The notes under the pieces: model-generated | What the model was told of the DNA's origin: nothing | Database searches by the model: none | What the model saw: only the letters and a program-made list of their open reading frames with translations | Program-made: the position numbers and the translations under genes | DNA from: an uncultured Gammaproteobacteria bacterium | GTDB lineage: Bacteria > Patescibacteriota > Microgenomatia > UBA8517 | Length of the DNA stretch: 64,000 nt | Direction: 5' to 3' | Assembly (NCBI GenBank): GCA_964526015.1 | Contig: CAZGHY010000001.1 | Span: 13,833-77,832, forward strand | In this document: piece after piece, positions 43,301 through 51,883 of the stretch | Position numbering within the stretch: position 1 is the stretch's first letter | How the letters are laid out: the number at the start of each line of letters is the position of its first letter

Positions 43301-45281
43301 TAAAGGTATACAAGTATTTCCAGAATTTTTAGAAAAACTTTATGCTGTACAACTAGATACACTATTTAAACAAATTGAGTTTACAGAAGACTTAATTAGA
43401 TTATATTGTGCATTGTTAGGAAAAGCTTTTGACTCTGATTGCGAAGCATTATTAAAATCATCAGTAAGTGGTGGCGCAGGATTCTCATTTTTATCAAATG
43501 AAAACAGTGGTAGAATATTAGGTGGAGATTCATCATTTAAAATATTCACGGAAAGCAATCCAGATATTAAACAAGATATTAAAAATAAAATAATTCCTGT
43601 TTCAAACAAAACATTATTTAAAACAACTAATGCAAGTATAACTGATGTTTCTAATGTAGTAAATACACAAGCTTCAGTTAATAATTTATTTGATGTTGTT
43701 AAAAGAAAAAATTATCTATTTGGTAACAACGGAAATCCTGGCGGTAAAGAGTCTCTTGGCGTTGAAGTATTACAAAATGGAGTTAATTCAGCTAGAGTAC
43801 AATTGTTACAAGATAGAATATCGGCTTATCAAGGTCAAAAAATTGATTTAACAAGTTTATATGCTACTACAAATGGACAAACTTTAATACTTGCTACAGG
43901 CAGAGTTGCATATAAAGATTTGCTTGGAATTTTAGATAAAATCAAGCAATCTGTTGAAGAAAGACAACGTAATATAAAAATAGCTTCCAAAGCTTTAGTT
44001 AATTTAAAGGAAGGACTTAATTTAGACAATTCAAGTATTGCAACTAATATATTGGCACCTAATTTAACTAATAATTCTCATATACCAGAAAACTTTGAGC
44101 ATATGATAGAAGATGAAACATATGATGATTTTGGTCCAGGCTCAGGACAAAGATTTATTATTAAGCCTGTACAAATTAAGTCTATTGACTTATCAGAAAA
44201 CCCACCACAATTTACAACAGTAGAAGTGTCTGGGTCTTATGGTGATGGATTTATAGCACAAGGTGATTTACCATCAGATTTAAATTCGTTTCAGGGTGGA
44301 GGTAATGCTATTACATCTGCTCAAGCAATAGATTATGATTTATTTAAAATGTATGGTTTTAGATCGCCAAATTCGATTCATGCTCCATTTTTGACAAATC
44401 CTGAGACTCAACTAGCCCCTTATGCTGTTATGTTATTAAACATTGCTAGAGGCAGCATACTACAAGGCAAAGTATCAATTGCTGGCAGTGAGTATATGCA
44501 AGTTGGAGATGTTGTATATATAGAAGACAGAGACTTATTGTTTTATGTTGAGCAAGTATCTCATTCATTTGGAAATGAGGGCAGCTTTTCTACAACATTA
44601 AGCCTTAGTTATGGCCATAATCCAGGGGAATATATTCCTACACCATTAGATATAGTTGGCAAAATTTTATACAAAAATAAAAACATGGCTAATTATTATC
44701 ATCATCGTCAAGATAACACCACTAATCAAACACATCTTGGCGTAATACTTGGTAATGCTGATAACCAAACAAGAAATGGTTATGGTACTGATTCTATAAT
44801 TGATTCTGCCTCAAATAAATATGCTGAATCAAACATTAGTCAATTACAAATTGTTTCATCACAAGGAAATAACGCCACATCATTAATCCAAGATAATTAT
44901 AATCCTGTAGTTGAAATAAGAGTATATTATAATTCAAAAGCAAAAGATGGTAGTTATAAATCATCTAATGCATCACTATTAAGTCAAGCTAATACAGTGA
45001 AAGATTTGCTAACTAGAAAAATTACATTAACAAGTAATGATGCATTTAAAGATTTAAAAACAATTGATGCATCAAGAATTTCTGTTGTAGAAGTAGATCT
45101 TGCAACAGATCCAATTAGATATTGTTCTGGTAGATCTTTTTATCTATCAAGATTAAATGTTGCAGATAGCGACACAATTAACTCATCTTTTATCAATAAT
45201 CCAGCTCAAAAAGTAAAGAATGTAGATAAATTTATATATAATAACGTTATAGATTGTTGGGTAGTGTTTAAAAAGAGTTAA
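40392..45281 (+). CDS. Giant baseplate hub protein: gpD/gp27-like C-terminal region with an N-terminal extension of about 1300 aa
   Basis: 1629 aa. The C-terminal block ILQGKVSIAGSEYMQVGDVVYIEDRDLLFYVEQVSHSFGNEGSFSTTLSLSYGHN resembles the late-control-D / hub signature. A coiled-coil stretch sits mid-protein. Confidence 0.45.
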   Translation: MSFLDGKPNVFNNLGGMIEKQFLGNNRLETLDLIQKDGSPQRFGKLGDFSKKIDQSEKRSYTEAGFYSLNQFNFKQRDLEILMQQPSASVVIKKRAFSSLAENYRPDASSQEELLTIRATKNLFQNKINQIANFEKLVKINKVSVTMGYIHEALIPTIIDAANNMFAINGSANNDLSSFIGILNKLKQVQAYNKENILSKWYVSNNQLYDTRLGQGTGVFELTNFTTLSTNLGLGFNSGSFSVNFSDPYNLMFITPYDIEKALSDTFTPTRTSPLLQIGQEQLNLIKDQKISELNSMRANRGASPINYYINPNSFIGKPVKAVVNAFEINFDFKFKLQISDIDPIFLESDDKHNDLTNFGINPKEAFTKTEALKFISIIETCATIVSSINSIDKNVKSYNKNLNAIRKELFLQYKGKYIINPMDTVHIYASSKSEIDSKISKGLQSNFNALSFLQFGNNTVDLIKNSFLPNNYLDVEKSIIVGPDFPSWLWPMLRSTFVNQTSGPQIFSGVVDSVSGSYSSSSGSYSVSIGGKDNAYYFGLGQVNMKPSIDVFNGSFYDPLTPFDIKYDTVLGITNDKPKLLPENQALLDNSDFISYKMGPEAGAIPSSLNFNRDYTKESNLNMIRTFYDPDGFVYKFKKGIGTLVQFNNSTELLEASPSAVSTTKDPFAGQSVIDVLSLLITGEPHNFINYYKTVINFDTYKRDATTGEDPSVSYYRALENNLKKRNYLYGNFTPFKKLSINEADVSRMISNQTSALNFNKRLQEKINERADFSDKILALEDIQNPVVGNSTIKSKLAQTISELKSKITDLDKEISDIEKNDYNSIINDPKNYLSVIGDDISVNTDNYINTNTSLEKNKQLRKELRKKVNFLTQRLSWKVKANEDINLVIIDDSFDKDYDLMAYEKSFQNQFSLFQSQFNTVSQFITEAAKLLNLEVFADSQGHIQIRSPQYNKVPSSVFSNLLKQKQDKGIQVFPEFLEKLYAVQLDTLFKQIEFTEDLIRLYCALLGKAFDSDCEALLKSSVSGGAGFSFLSNENSGRILGGDSSFKIFTESNPDIKQDIKNKIIPVSNKTLFKTTNASITDVSNVVNTQASVNNLFDVVKRKNYLFGNNGNPGGKESLGVEVLQNGVNSARVQLLQDRISAYQGQKIDLTSLYATTNGQTLILATGRVAYKDLLGILDKIKQSVEERQRNIKIASKALVNLKEGLNLDNSSIATNILAPNLTNNSHIPENFEHMIEDETYDDFGPGSGQRFIIKPVQIKSIDLSENPPQFTTVEVSGSYGDGFIAQGDLPSDLNSFQGGGNAITSAQAIDYDLFKMYGFRSPNSIHAPFLTNPETQLAPYAVMLLNIARGSILQGKVSIAGSEYMQVGDVVYIEDRDLLFYVEQVSHSFGNEGSFSTTLSLSYGHNPGEYIPTPLDIVGKILYKNKNMANYYHHRQDNTTNQTHLGVILGNADNQTRNGYGTDSIIDSASNKYAESNISQLQIVSSQGNNATSLIQDNYNPVVEIRVYYNSKAKDGSYKSSNASLLSQANTVKDLLTRKITLTSNDAFKDLKTIDASRISVVEVDLATDPIRYCSGRSFYLSRLNVADSDTINSSFINNPAQKVKNVDKFIYNNVIDCWVVFKKS

Positions 45282-45283
45282 TA

Positions 45284-47275
45284 ATGCCTCCTAAAATAAG
45301 CAGCACAAATGGAACTCCAGGTTTACTTTCAATAGGAACAATTAAAAAAGTTATTCCTAATGAATATGCTGTGGAAGTTTCATTAAATCCTTCTTTGGTG
45401 GCAGATCAACAAACTGTAAAAGCCCAATTACCTGTATCTTATTATTCTTCTGATGGAGTATTTGCTGGCGGGTCTCTTGAAGTTGGAACCACTGTAATTA
45501 TTCTCCAAGCAGAAGGAGGTGCTTATTATATTTTATCAACCATGATCAGAAATTATACTTCTGTTTATAGTGTTAAAAATGCTAAATTGCAAGATCTTGA
45601 TTCAGGTAATTATTATATTACTGCTGGCGAAAACAATGTTGTTAAAGTATCATTAACTGATGGTATTTTTGTTGGTAGCAAAGAAGATTATTATAACTTT
45701 GATGCTAATAGAGGTCTTGCTTCAAATACATTTGATACTAGTTTAAAGTTTACAGAGTCTTCTAGAGAAATATCTGGTGTTGTTAAAAGAGATATTAAAC
45801 CAAATTTGAATATGGCCTCATCACTTAGACTCACTAGTCATGAGTATGATGATACATTGAAAGTTATTTCAATGGACCCCAAAACATATTTAAGCCAATC
45901 TAATTTTGGTAACTCTGTTAAGAACCCACCATTTGTTGAAAATAGAAAACTTACATATGAATTTGCCTATTCTTATGATGTATCTAATGAACTAAATGAA
46001 ATAGAGCTTTATAAAAAGAATAAATCAAATAATGTAGATACTAATATTTTATCTAGACGTAAGAGTAGAGCTGATGCATTATCACTAAGCTTGGTTGAAC
46101 CTAATTACTTAATTGAAAGCATCTCTGGTACAGTTGTAGATATTTATGGCAATCTAATAGACATTAATAGAAACATTATACCAGTTGGGCAATCAGAAGA
46201 GCTATCAGCTAAAACTATAAAGACATCTATTAATTCTAGTAATAGTTCTTATAAAAAGATAAGAGAGCTGCAAAGAAAGTCTTTAGCTTTACATTGGGAG
46301 CTTAATGCTAGAAAGTCAACAGAAGGTCCGCCTAATGTAAACTCTACTGATAATTATTCTAGAAATAGATCTAGAATGTTTATTGATATTGATAAAGAGG
46401 GTATGTTTAAAATTAACATACCTGCTACCAGCGAAACAGGAAACGTTCCTTTATTAACTCGCTATGAAAATTTTACAACTGTATACCCTAATCCAAAATC
46501 AAATAATCCAGATGACTTAGTCTTTAACTCAGATAACGTTGATATTTTATTAGAGCCAATTAGTTCTGTGTCTAGTGTTGTTAAGTTAACTGACTCTAGC
46601 TCTTCAAGCAATGAAGCGCCACTAAATAGATTGTCATCATCTTATTTAGGTTGGGGCACAGCTTATCATAATGTTACATCAACACTTAGAGCTTCTCAAG
46701 CGTCTACATTAGACGTAGATGAGTATATTCCAACTACATCTTTTACACTAGGTAGAATATTATCTATCAAAGATGTTATCGCTTCTTCTATCAAAGCTGT
46801 TGGTGCATCGGCCAATGCTGGTGGTCGTTCAGGATCTATTAATTTAGATGGATCGTTAGATCTAAACATTGGCGCTAATACAGTTAATAGACAATCATTG
46901 GTGTTAGATACTCAAGGTGGTTTAATAGGCAATATTGGTAGAGATAAAAACAATATTTCAGCAGGACTTTCATTAGATGGTGATTTTTATATAGAAATTG
47001 GTGGCACAACACCTAATGAAGATACAAGATTTAAAGATTTAGATAACCTTACTCATAGAGCTGGTGCTTTTGATCTTAAGGTGTTTAATATAAATAAAAA
47101 TGTAGTATCGGTATTTAGAATAGATAATGAAGGAATTACAGTATCTACCCCTGGAAAAATTACCATGTATGCAAATGAAGGCATGACATTTAGATCTGTT
47201 GGTGATATTAATATAGAATCAGATCAATTATATTTAAATAGAAGACTTGTTAGGAAAAAAGGTGGAGCAATATGA
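45284..47275 (+). CDS. Central baseplate spike (gpV / gp5 / VgrG-like)
   Basis: 663 aa. N-terminal OB-fold-like block GTIKKVIPNEYAVEVSL..VKAQLPVSYY..GSLEVGTTVIILQAEGGAYYILS. C-terminal repetitive beta-strand region GSINLDGSLDLNIGAN... Confidence 0.5.
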   Translation: MPPKISSTNGTPGLLSIGTIKKVIPNEYAVEVSLNPSLVADQQTVKAQLPVSYYSSDGVFAGGSLEVGTTVIILQAEGGAYYILSTMIRNYTSVYSVKNAKLQDLDSGNYYITAGENNVVKVSLTDGIFVGSKEDYYNFDANRGLASNTFDTSLKFTESSREISGVVKRDIKPNLNMASSLRLTSHEYDDTLKVISMDPKTYLSQSNFGNSVKNPPFVENRKLTYEFAYSYDVSNELNEIELYKKNKSNNVDTNILSRRKSRADALSLSLVEPNYLIESISGTVVDIYGNLIDINRNIIPVGQSEELSAKTIKTSINSSNSSYKKIRELQRKSLALHWELNARKSTEGPPNVNSTDNYSRNRSRMFIDIDKEGMFKINIPATSETGNVPLLTRYENFTTVYPNPKSNNPDDLVFNSDNVDILLEPISSVSSVVKLTDSSSSSNEAPLNRLSSSYLGWGTAYHNVTSTLRASQASTLDVDEYIPTTSFTLGRILSIKDVIASSIKAVGASANAGGRSGSINLDGSLDLNIGANTVNRQSLVLDTQGGLIGNIGRDKNNISAGLSLDGDFYIEIGGTTPNEDTRFKDLDNLTHRAGAFDLKVFNINKNVVSVFRIDNEGITVSTPGKITMYANEGMTFRSVGDINIESDQLYLNRRLVRKKGGAI

Positions 47276-47625
47276 AAAAACTTAATAAAATAGCAGAAGA
47301 AAGATTAAAAGCCCAAGTTGAAGAGGCTAAAGAGCTAGGGCTAACTAAAATAGCTTCAATAGGTGAAGGTATTTTATATAATAATTCTTTTGTTTATGAC
47401 AATAATGAATTTTCTTCAGAAGAGTTGAAAGAAAATATTTATCATGGAGTATGTAGATTTGCCTCTAATATTATTTCATTCTACAATATAGAAAACCCAG
47501 ACCTTGCCAAGATCTCTCAAGTGGCTGAGTATTTATCTGATACAATAGAAAATGAAATAAAGAAAAATCTAGATATAGAAGAGACTGTAGGAACTTTTGA
47601 AACAAAACTACCAGGCGAAGAATAA
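47272..47625 (+). CDS. Small acidic helical protein of unknown function
   Basis: 117-aa ORF with an ATGA overlap with the spike gene. Confidence 0.5.
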   Translation: MKKLNKIAEERLKAQVEEAKELGLTKIASIGEGILYNNSFVYDNNEFSSEELKENIYHGVCRFASNIISFYNIENPDLAKISQVAEYLSDTIENEIKKNLDIEETVGTFETKLPGEE

Positions 47626-47629
47626 TTAA

Positions 47630-49735
47630 ATGGCAGCGTGCGTAACAGATCCAGTAGTTAATCCACCACCAATTGGAAGTCCAAGCGGGATAGTTGCGCC
47701 TAAAGTACCATTTCCACCTTTCGGTCCTAGTACCGATATGCCTGATTTAAAATCAATATTTGATCTATTATCTTTAGCCTTACCACCTGGCACATTAAAA
47801 CCATTACTAAGTCCTGAATACTCACGATCTCTTTTAGATGGTGTTATTTCGTTATTAGAAAAGTTTACACCATTCTTATATTTATATACTTTCTTCCTTC
47901 CAGTATTAAATATAATTCTCTGTATAATAGAAGTCTTATGTTCTTTAAAAAATCCATTTAAGCTTGTTAAAGCTATAAGAAGATTGTTTAGAGTTTGTAT
48001 ACCTGACTTTCTTGCTTTATTTCCACAGTTTGCTTTATTAGTAATGATAATTTCATTATTACTTTTGTTAATTGCCTTAATAGAGTATATTATTTCTCAA
48101 GTAGCTGATTTTATTACAACAATTTTAGAAAACGTTAAATTATTAACTAAAGCTGTTGATCAAGCTGATGCAGATTCTATTCTTTCTATTACTAAGAAAA
48201 TAGGCAATTTAATTTGTGATCTTCAAAATTTGTTTTTGATATTATCACCTTTCATTGTTATCTTTGAATTAATAAACTTTATATTAACAAAGTCATTTAG
48301 AATACCACCATGTGAATCTGGCACAGGCGATGACTTTGATTGTTGTGATGCTGAGGTTTGCCCAGCTTATCTTAAAAATACCATTTATAATGGTACAAGT
48401 GGAACATTAAAATACTTAAATAAACTAACGTCTTCAGTTAGCACACCAGGAACTTCATTTATTACAGTAGAATACTCTACATTAAGAAATGAAAGTTGGC
48501 AATATTGGGATGGTTATCAAACCATTCAAAAATACTTTTATAATATCACACATGCATATGATTTACCAGAAGGGTCTGATAAAATATTTTTCCCAGATGG
48601 TACCGTATTTGATAAAACATCAAAGGCTAATAGCGTGCCATATGCAATTGATATTAGTATCAATTATAATCCAAATGATTTTAGTCGTATAGATGCGCTT
48701 GGTACAAGAAAAGTTGTTATTAAAAATTGTATAGTAACTAATCCTCCAACAAATTATAATTTAGATTATCAAAATGGACAAGTAAGTCAACCAACTGGTG
48801 TATTTGATCTCACTGGTGGTTTAGTATATGAAAAAGATGGCGTTACACCAGTTATGTTGGATGGTGTACAAGCTACATTAAATACTTTAATACATTTGCC
48901 AGAAGAAGATCTAACACCACCAGTTATTTTTAATCCATTAGATGGATATGAATATGGGGATTCTTTATACTCATTAAAGATAAACCATGATGTATTATTT
49001 AATTATGATCTAATTACACTTGGCTGTATGCCTGATGTTGCAATAGACAAAAACACAATCAATGCAACTGTTTCAGCCAACTTAGCTAGCATTCAACCAA
49101 TATTAGAAACTCTATTAACTAAGCTTCCAGATATTAATGCAACCAATATTTGTTTAGATGCTGCAATAAATAAATTTATATCTAATGTATCAGTAGAAAG
49201 CGTTGCGATTTTTTCTGCAGAAATTAGCTCATGCCTAGGAACATTAAAAGATTCTTCAGTATCATCTCTAATAGACGCAATACTTGCTGCATATGATCCT
49301 TACAATAGTTCTTTTACTTTAGTCCCAACATTACAGTTTGTAAATAATGAAATACAAGCTAAAATTATATTAAAAGATAAAAATAATAATGAAATAGCAA
49401 AATCTTTACCAGCATCCGTATCTTCTGAGATAGCTAAGAAAATAACTATGGAAACAACTTTTGGCACATTCAAAGACTTTACTTATAATCTTGAAACTGG
49501 AGAATTCATTTCACCAATTAGCAGTGATGTTTCTGGAAAAGGTACAGCCAAAGCAATTGTTAATGGCAAAACCATTTCAACTTTGACCATACCTACTGAT
49601 CTAGGTTCAGCAATTACGGTTGAAGAAAAAATATTATCATATGAATTCATTGGCTCAGATATGCTTACAGATGATGGTAAACCAAGAAGAGATTATGCTG
49701 ATGTCAGCTCTGGATCTAATGGAGTAATTTCATAA
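47630..49735 (+). CDS. Multi-pass integral membrane protein with a Pro-rich N-terminus and a large C-terminal domain, encoded inside the baseplate block
   Basis: 701 aa. Hydrophobic helices FTPFLYLYTFFLPVLNIILCIIEVLC, FALLVMIISLLLLLIALIEYII and LFLILSPFIVIFELINFIL lie at about 47860-48290. A Cys cluster PPCESGTGDDFDCCDAEVCP follows. Confidence 0.6.
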   Translation: MAACVTDPVVNPPPIGSPSGIVAPKVPFPPFGPSTDMPDLKSIFDLLSLALPPGTLKPLLSPEYSRSLLDGVISLLEKFTPFLYLYTFFLPVLNIILCIIEVLCSLKNPFKLVKAIRRLFRVCIPDFLALFPQFALLVMIISLLLLLIALIEYIISQVADFITTILENVKLLTKAVDQADADSILSITKKIGNLICDLQNLFLILSPFIVIFELINFILTKSFRIPPCESGTGDDFDCCDAEVCPAYLKNTIYNGTSGTLKYLNKLTSSVSTPGTSFITVEYSTLRNESWQYWDGYQTIQKYFYNITHAYDLPEGSDKIFFPDGTVFDKTSKANSVPYAIDISINYNPNDFSRIDALGTRKVVIKNCIVTNPPTNYNLDYQNGQVSQPTGVFDLTGGLVYEKDGVTPVMLDGVQATLNTLIHLPEEDLTPPVIFNPLDGYEYGDSLYSLKINHDVLFNYDLITLGCMPDVAIDKNTINATVSANLASIQPILETLLTKLPDINATNICLDAAINKFISNVSVESVAIFSAEISSCLGTLKDSSVSSLIDAILAAYDPYNSSFTLVPTLQFVNNEIQAKIILKDKNNNEIAKSLPASVSSEIAKKITMETTFGTFKDFTYNLETGEFISPISSDVSGKGTAKAIVNGKTISTLTIPTDLGSAITVEEKILSYEFIGSDMLTDDGKPRRDYADVSSGSNGVIS

Positions 49736-51399
49736 TGGCTACAAAAACTCCTTTAGATAAATCAGTATTTGGTGATGACCAAGACATCACTAATATTGAT
49801 ATCACTAAACTTTACAATAATTATATAAAAGAAATAGATAAATATAGAAGTCATTTCTCCCCCATATCAAACCAGATATTAGTAAAGGGTAAAATAACTA
49901 AAGCAAACAGCTTAACTGCATTATCAAATGGACCTGTTCCACGTAATGAGCAAGAAAGCAGATGTCATGCTTTTTATAGAATGATTGGCTTTCCAATTAT
50001 ATATAATAACCTAATCCATAATCCTGGTTATGATAAGTCTTTAAATTTAGATGAAAACTTAATTAAAAACCTAGAAAATATTGCTAACTCAATTGATATT
50101 GCAACCTATAATGCAATGAATGAAAGAGAGCTATATGTTAAAAACATATTAAATGTATTTTCTAAACAAGATAATAATGCAATTGCTAGATCAGCTTGGA
50201 TTGGTATAAATCCAACTATATTTTCAAATTTATCTGAAGGTGTATTTAATACAGTATCAAATACATACTCAAACGATACCTCTACTGTATATAATTTTAA
50301 AAAATTATATCCTGATTCGGCTGGTGTAGACCCAACCATTAACTTTTCTCAAGTTAAACATTGTATTAAGCCACTTATAGTGGACCCAAGAATAGAGCTT
50401 ACAGTTACACCTTGTGAAAACTCAATATGTGCTCCATTTTTGGAAGATAATACAGATACAGCTATTAAACCTGGTAAATTTTTAAAACGTCCTTTGATTG
50501 AAAAGATCATTTCATTAAGATGTGGTGACTCAGCAAATAATGCTTCTACTACTGTAGATAATTCATCATTTGTTACTGAAATTATTGATTTTATTAGCTT
50601 TCAAACAGATGCAGATGATTCATTAAATGAAGTTGTATTAAATTTTAAAACTACACTTGGTAAAAGAAGCTTATTAGAACTTCAATCTTTTAATAAATTT
50701 ATTAAAATACTAGATGCATTAGCTAATAAGCTATTTTTAAATAAAAAAGAAATAGAAAATATATTTGAAAAAATAGACTGGGCTCCTATTCCATCTAAAA
50801 ATGGCATCGAATATGGTTGTACTTTAAGAAACATCTTATTAAATGGAACAAATAATAAACAAATAGAGCAAGACATCATTCAGTTAAAAATTACTCAAGA
50901 TTTAGACTCTATTTTAGTAAATATTAAAAGCTCTACAGAGTCAAATAATACAGCCCCAGACATTGGGTCATTTACATTTAATGGAAACGCCACTATTTAT
51001 AATGAATTTACAAATGTAAATAAAACTCAAGAGTCTCAATTGCCTGTTTTATTAAAAAGCAAAGAAAATTTAGGCAAAAATGCTAATTCTTTATTATTTG
51101 AGAATGATGTTATCACAGGAGAGTCTATAGGAATTGGTTTAATAGACATTATATCAATAATAGCAGCATTTTGGATAATGGACTTAGATTATTTAATTTA
51201 TATGTTAGATGATAGATGCTTTAACAGACTAAAAACTAATTCTTCACTTATATGCCCAGAAGTTTATGATAGAAATGCTCAAACTTCTCGCCCAGATAAA
51301 TACAGTCCAGATGAAGTTTTAAAGAAATATGAAGAGTATTTAAGACAAATCTTATTATTAGCTAATAAGTTTTATAAAGATAGAGAGAAACTATTTTAA
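49735..51399 (+). CDS. Baseplate-block protein of unknown function
   Basis: 554-aa ORF with a TAATG overlap with the upstream gene. Confidence 0.5.
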   Translation: MATKTPLDKSVFGDDQDITNIDITKLYNNYIKEIDKYRSHFSPISNQILVKGKITKANSLTALSNGPVPRNEQESRCHAFYRMIGFPIIYNNLIHNPGYDKSLNLDENLIKNLENIANSIDIATYNAMNERELYVKNILNVFSKQDNNAIARSAWIGINPTIFSNLSEGVFNTVSNTYSNDTSTVYNFKKLYPDSAGVDPTINFSQVKHCIKPLIVDPRIELTVTPCENSICAPFLEDNTDTAIKPGKFLKRPLIEKIISLRCGDSANNASTTVDNSSFVTEIIDFISFQTDADDSLNEVVLNFKTTLGKRSLLELQSFNKFIKILDALANKLFLNKKEIENIFEKIDWAPIPSKNGIEYGCTLRNILLNGTNNKQIEQDIIQLKITQDLDSILVNIKSSTESNNTAPDIGSFTFNGNATIYNEFTNVNKTQESQLPVLLKSKENLGKNANSLLFENDVITGESIGIGLIDIISIIAAFWIMDLDYLIYMLDDRCFNRLKTNSSLICPEVYDRNAQTSRPDKYSPDEVLKKYEEYLRQILLLANKFYKDREKLF

Positions 51400-51413
51400 A
51401 GGCATAACATAAA

Positions 51414-51845
51414 ATGTCTTTTGATTTTAAACTAGAAAATGGTTCAATTACTATTAAAAATGGGAAATTAGTTTTAGTAGAAAATACTAATAAACTAATC
51501 CAAGATATTTTAAAAATTTGCCTAACTGATGTTGGATCAAATTCATTACAGCCATGGTATGGATCTTATTTATCACGTTCTGTTGTTGGAAATGTGCTAG
51601 ATGTTAAAATGACAGAAACCATTGCCACAACACAGTTGAAAAATGCCATTGAAAACTTAATGTTATTACAACAAGAGCAGCTTAATTACTCTAGACAAAA
51701 TGTTACAGCAAGTGAGCATATTGCCGCTATTTTGGATGTATCCATTAGAAGAAATAGTCAAGATCCAAGATTGTATATCGTATTAGTTTCAGTATTAACA
51801 AAGGCTTTCGAAATAAAAACCACATCATTTAATTTGGTAACATAA
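51414..51845 (+). CDS. Baseplate wedge protein, GPW/gp25-like
   Basis: 143 aa. The block LIQDILKICLTDVGSNSLQPWYGSYL resembles the gp25/W signature. It lies immediately upstream of the Baseplate_J-like gene. Confidence 0.6.
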   Translation: MSFDFKLENGSITIKNGKLVLVENTNKLIQDILKICLTDVGSNSLQPWYGSYLSRSVVGNVLDVKMTETIATTQLKNAIENLMLLQQEQLNYSRQNVTASEHIAAILDVSIRRNSQDPRLYIVLVSVLTKAFEIKTTSFNLVT

Positions 51846-51883
51846 ATAATGAAGGTTTTTTCGATATATAGTATAGGAATTCA

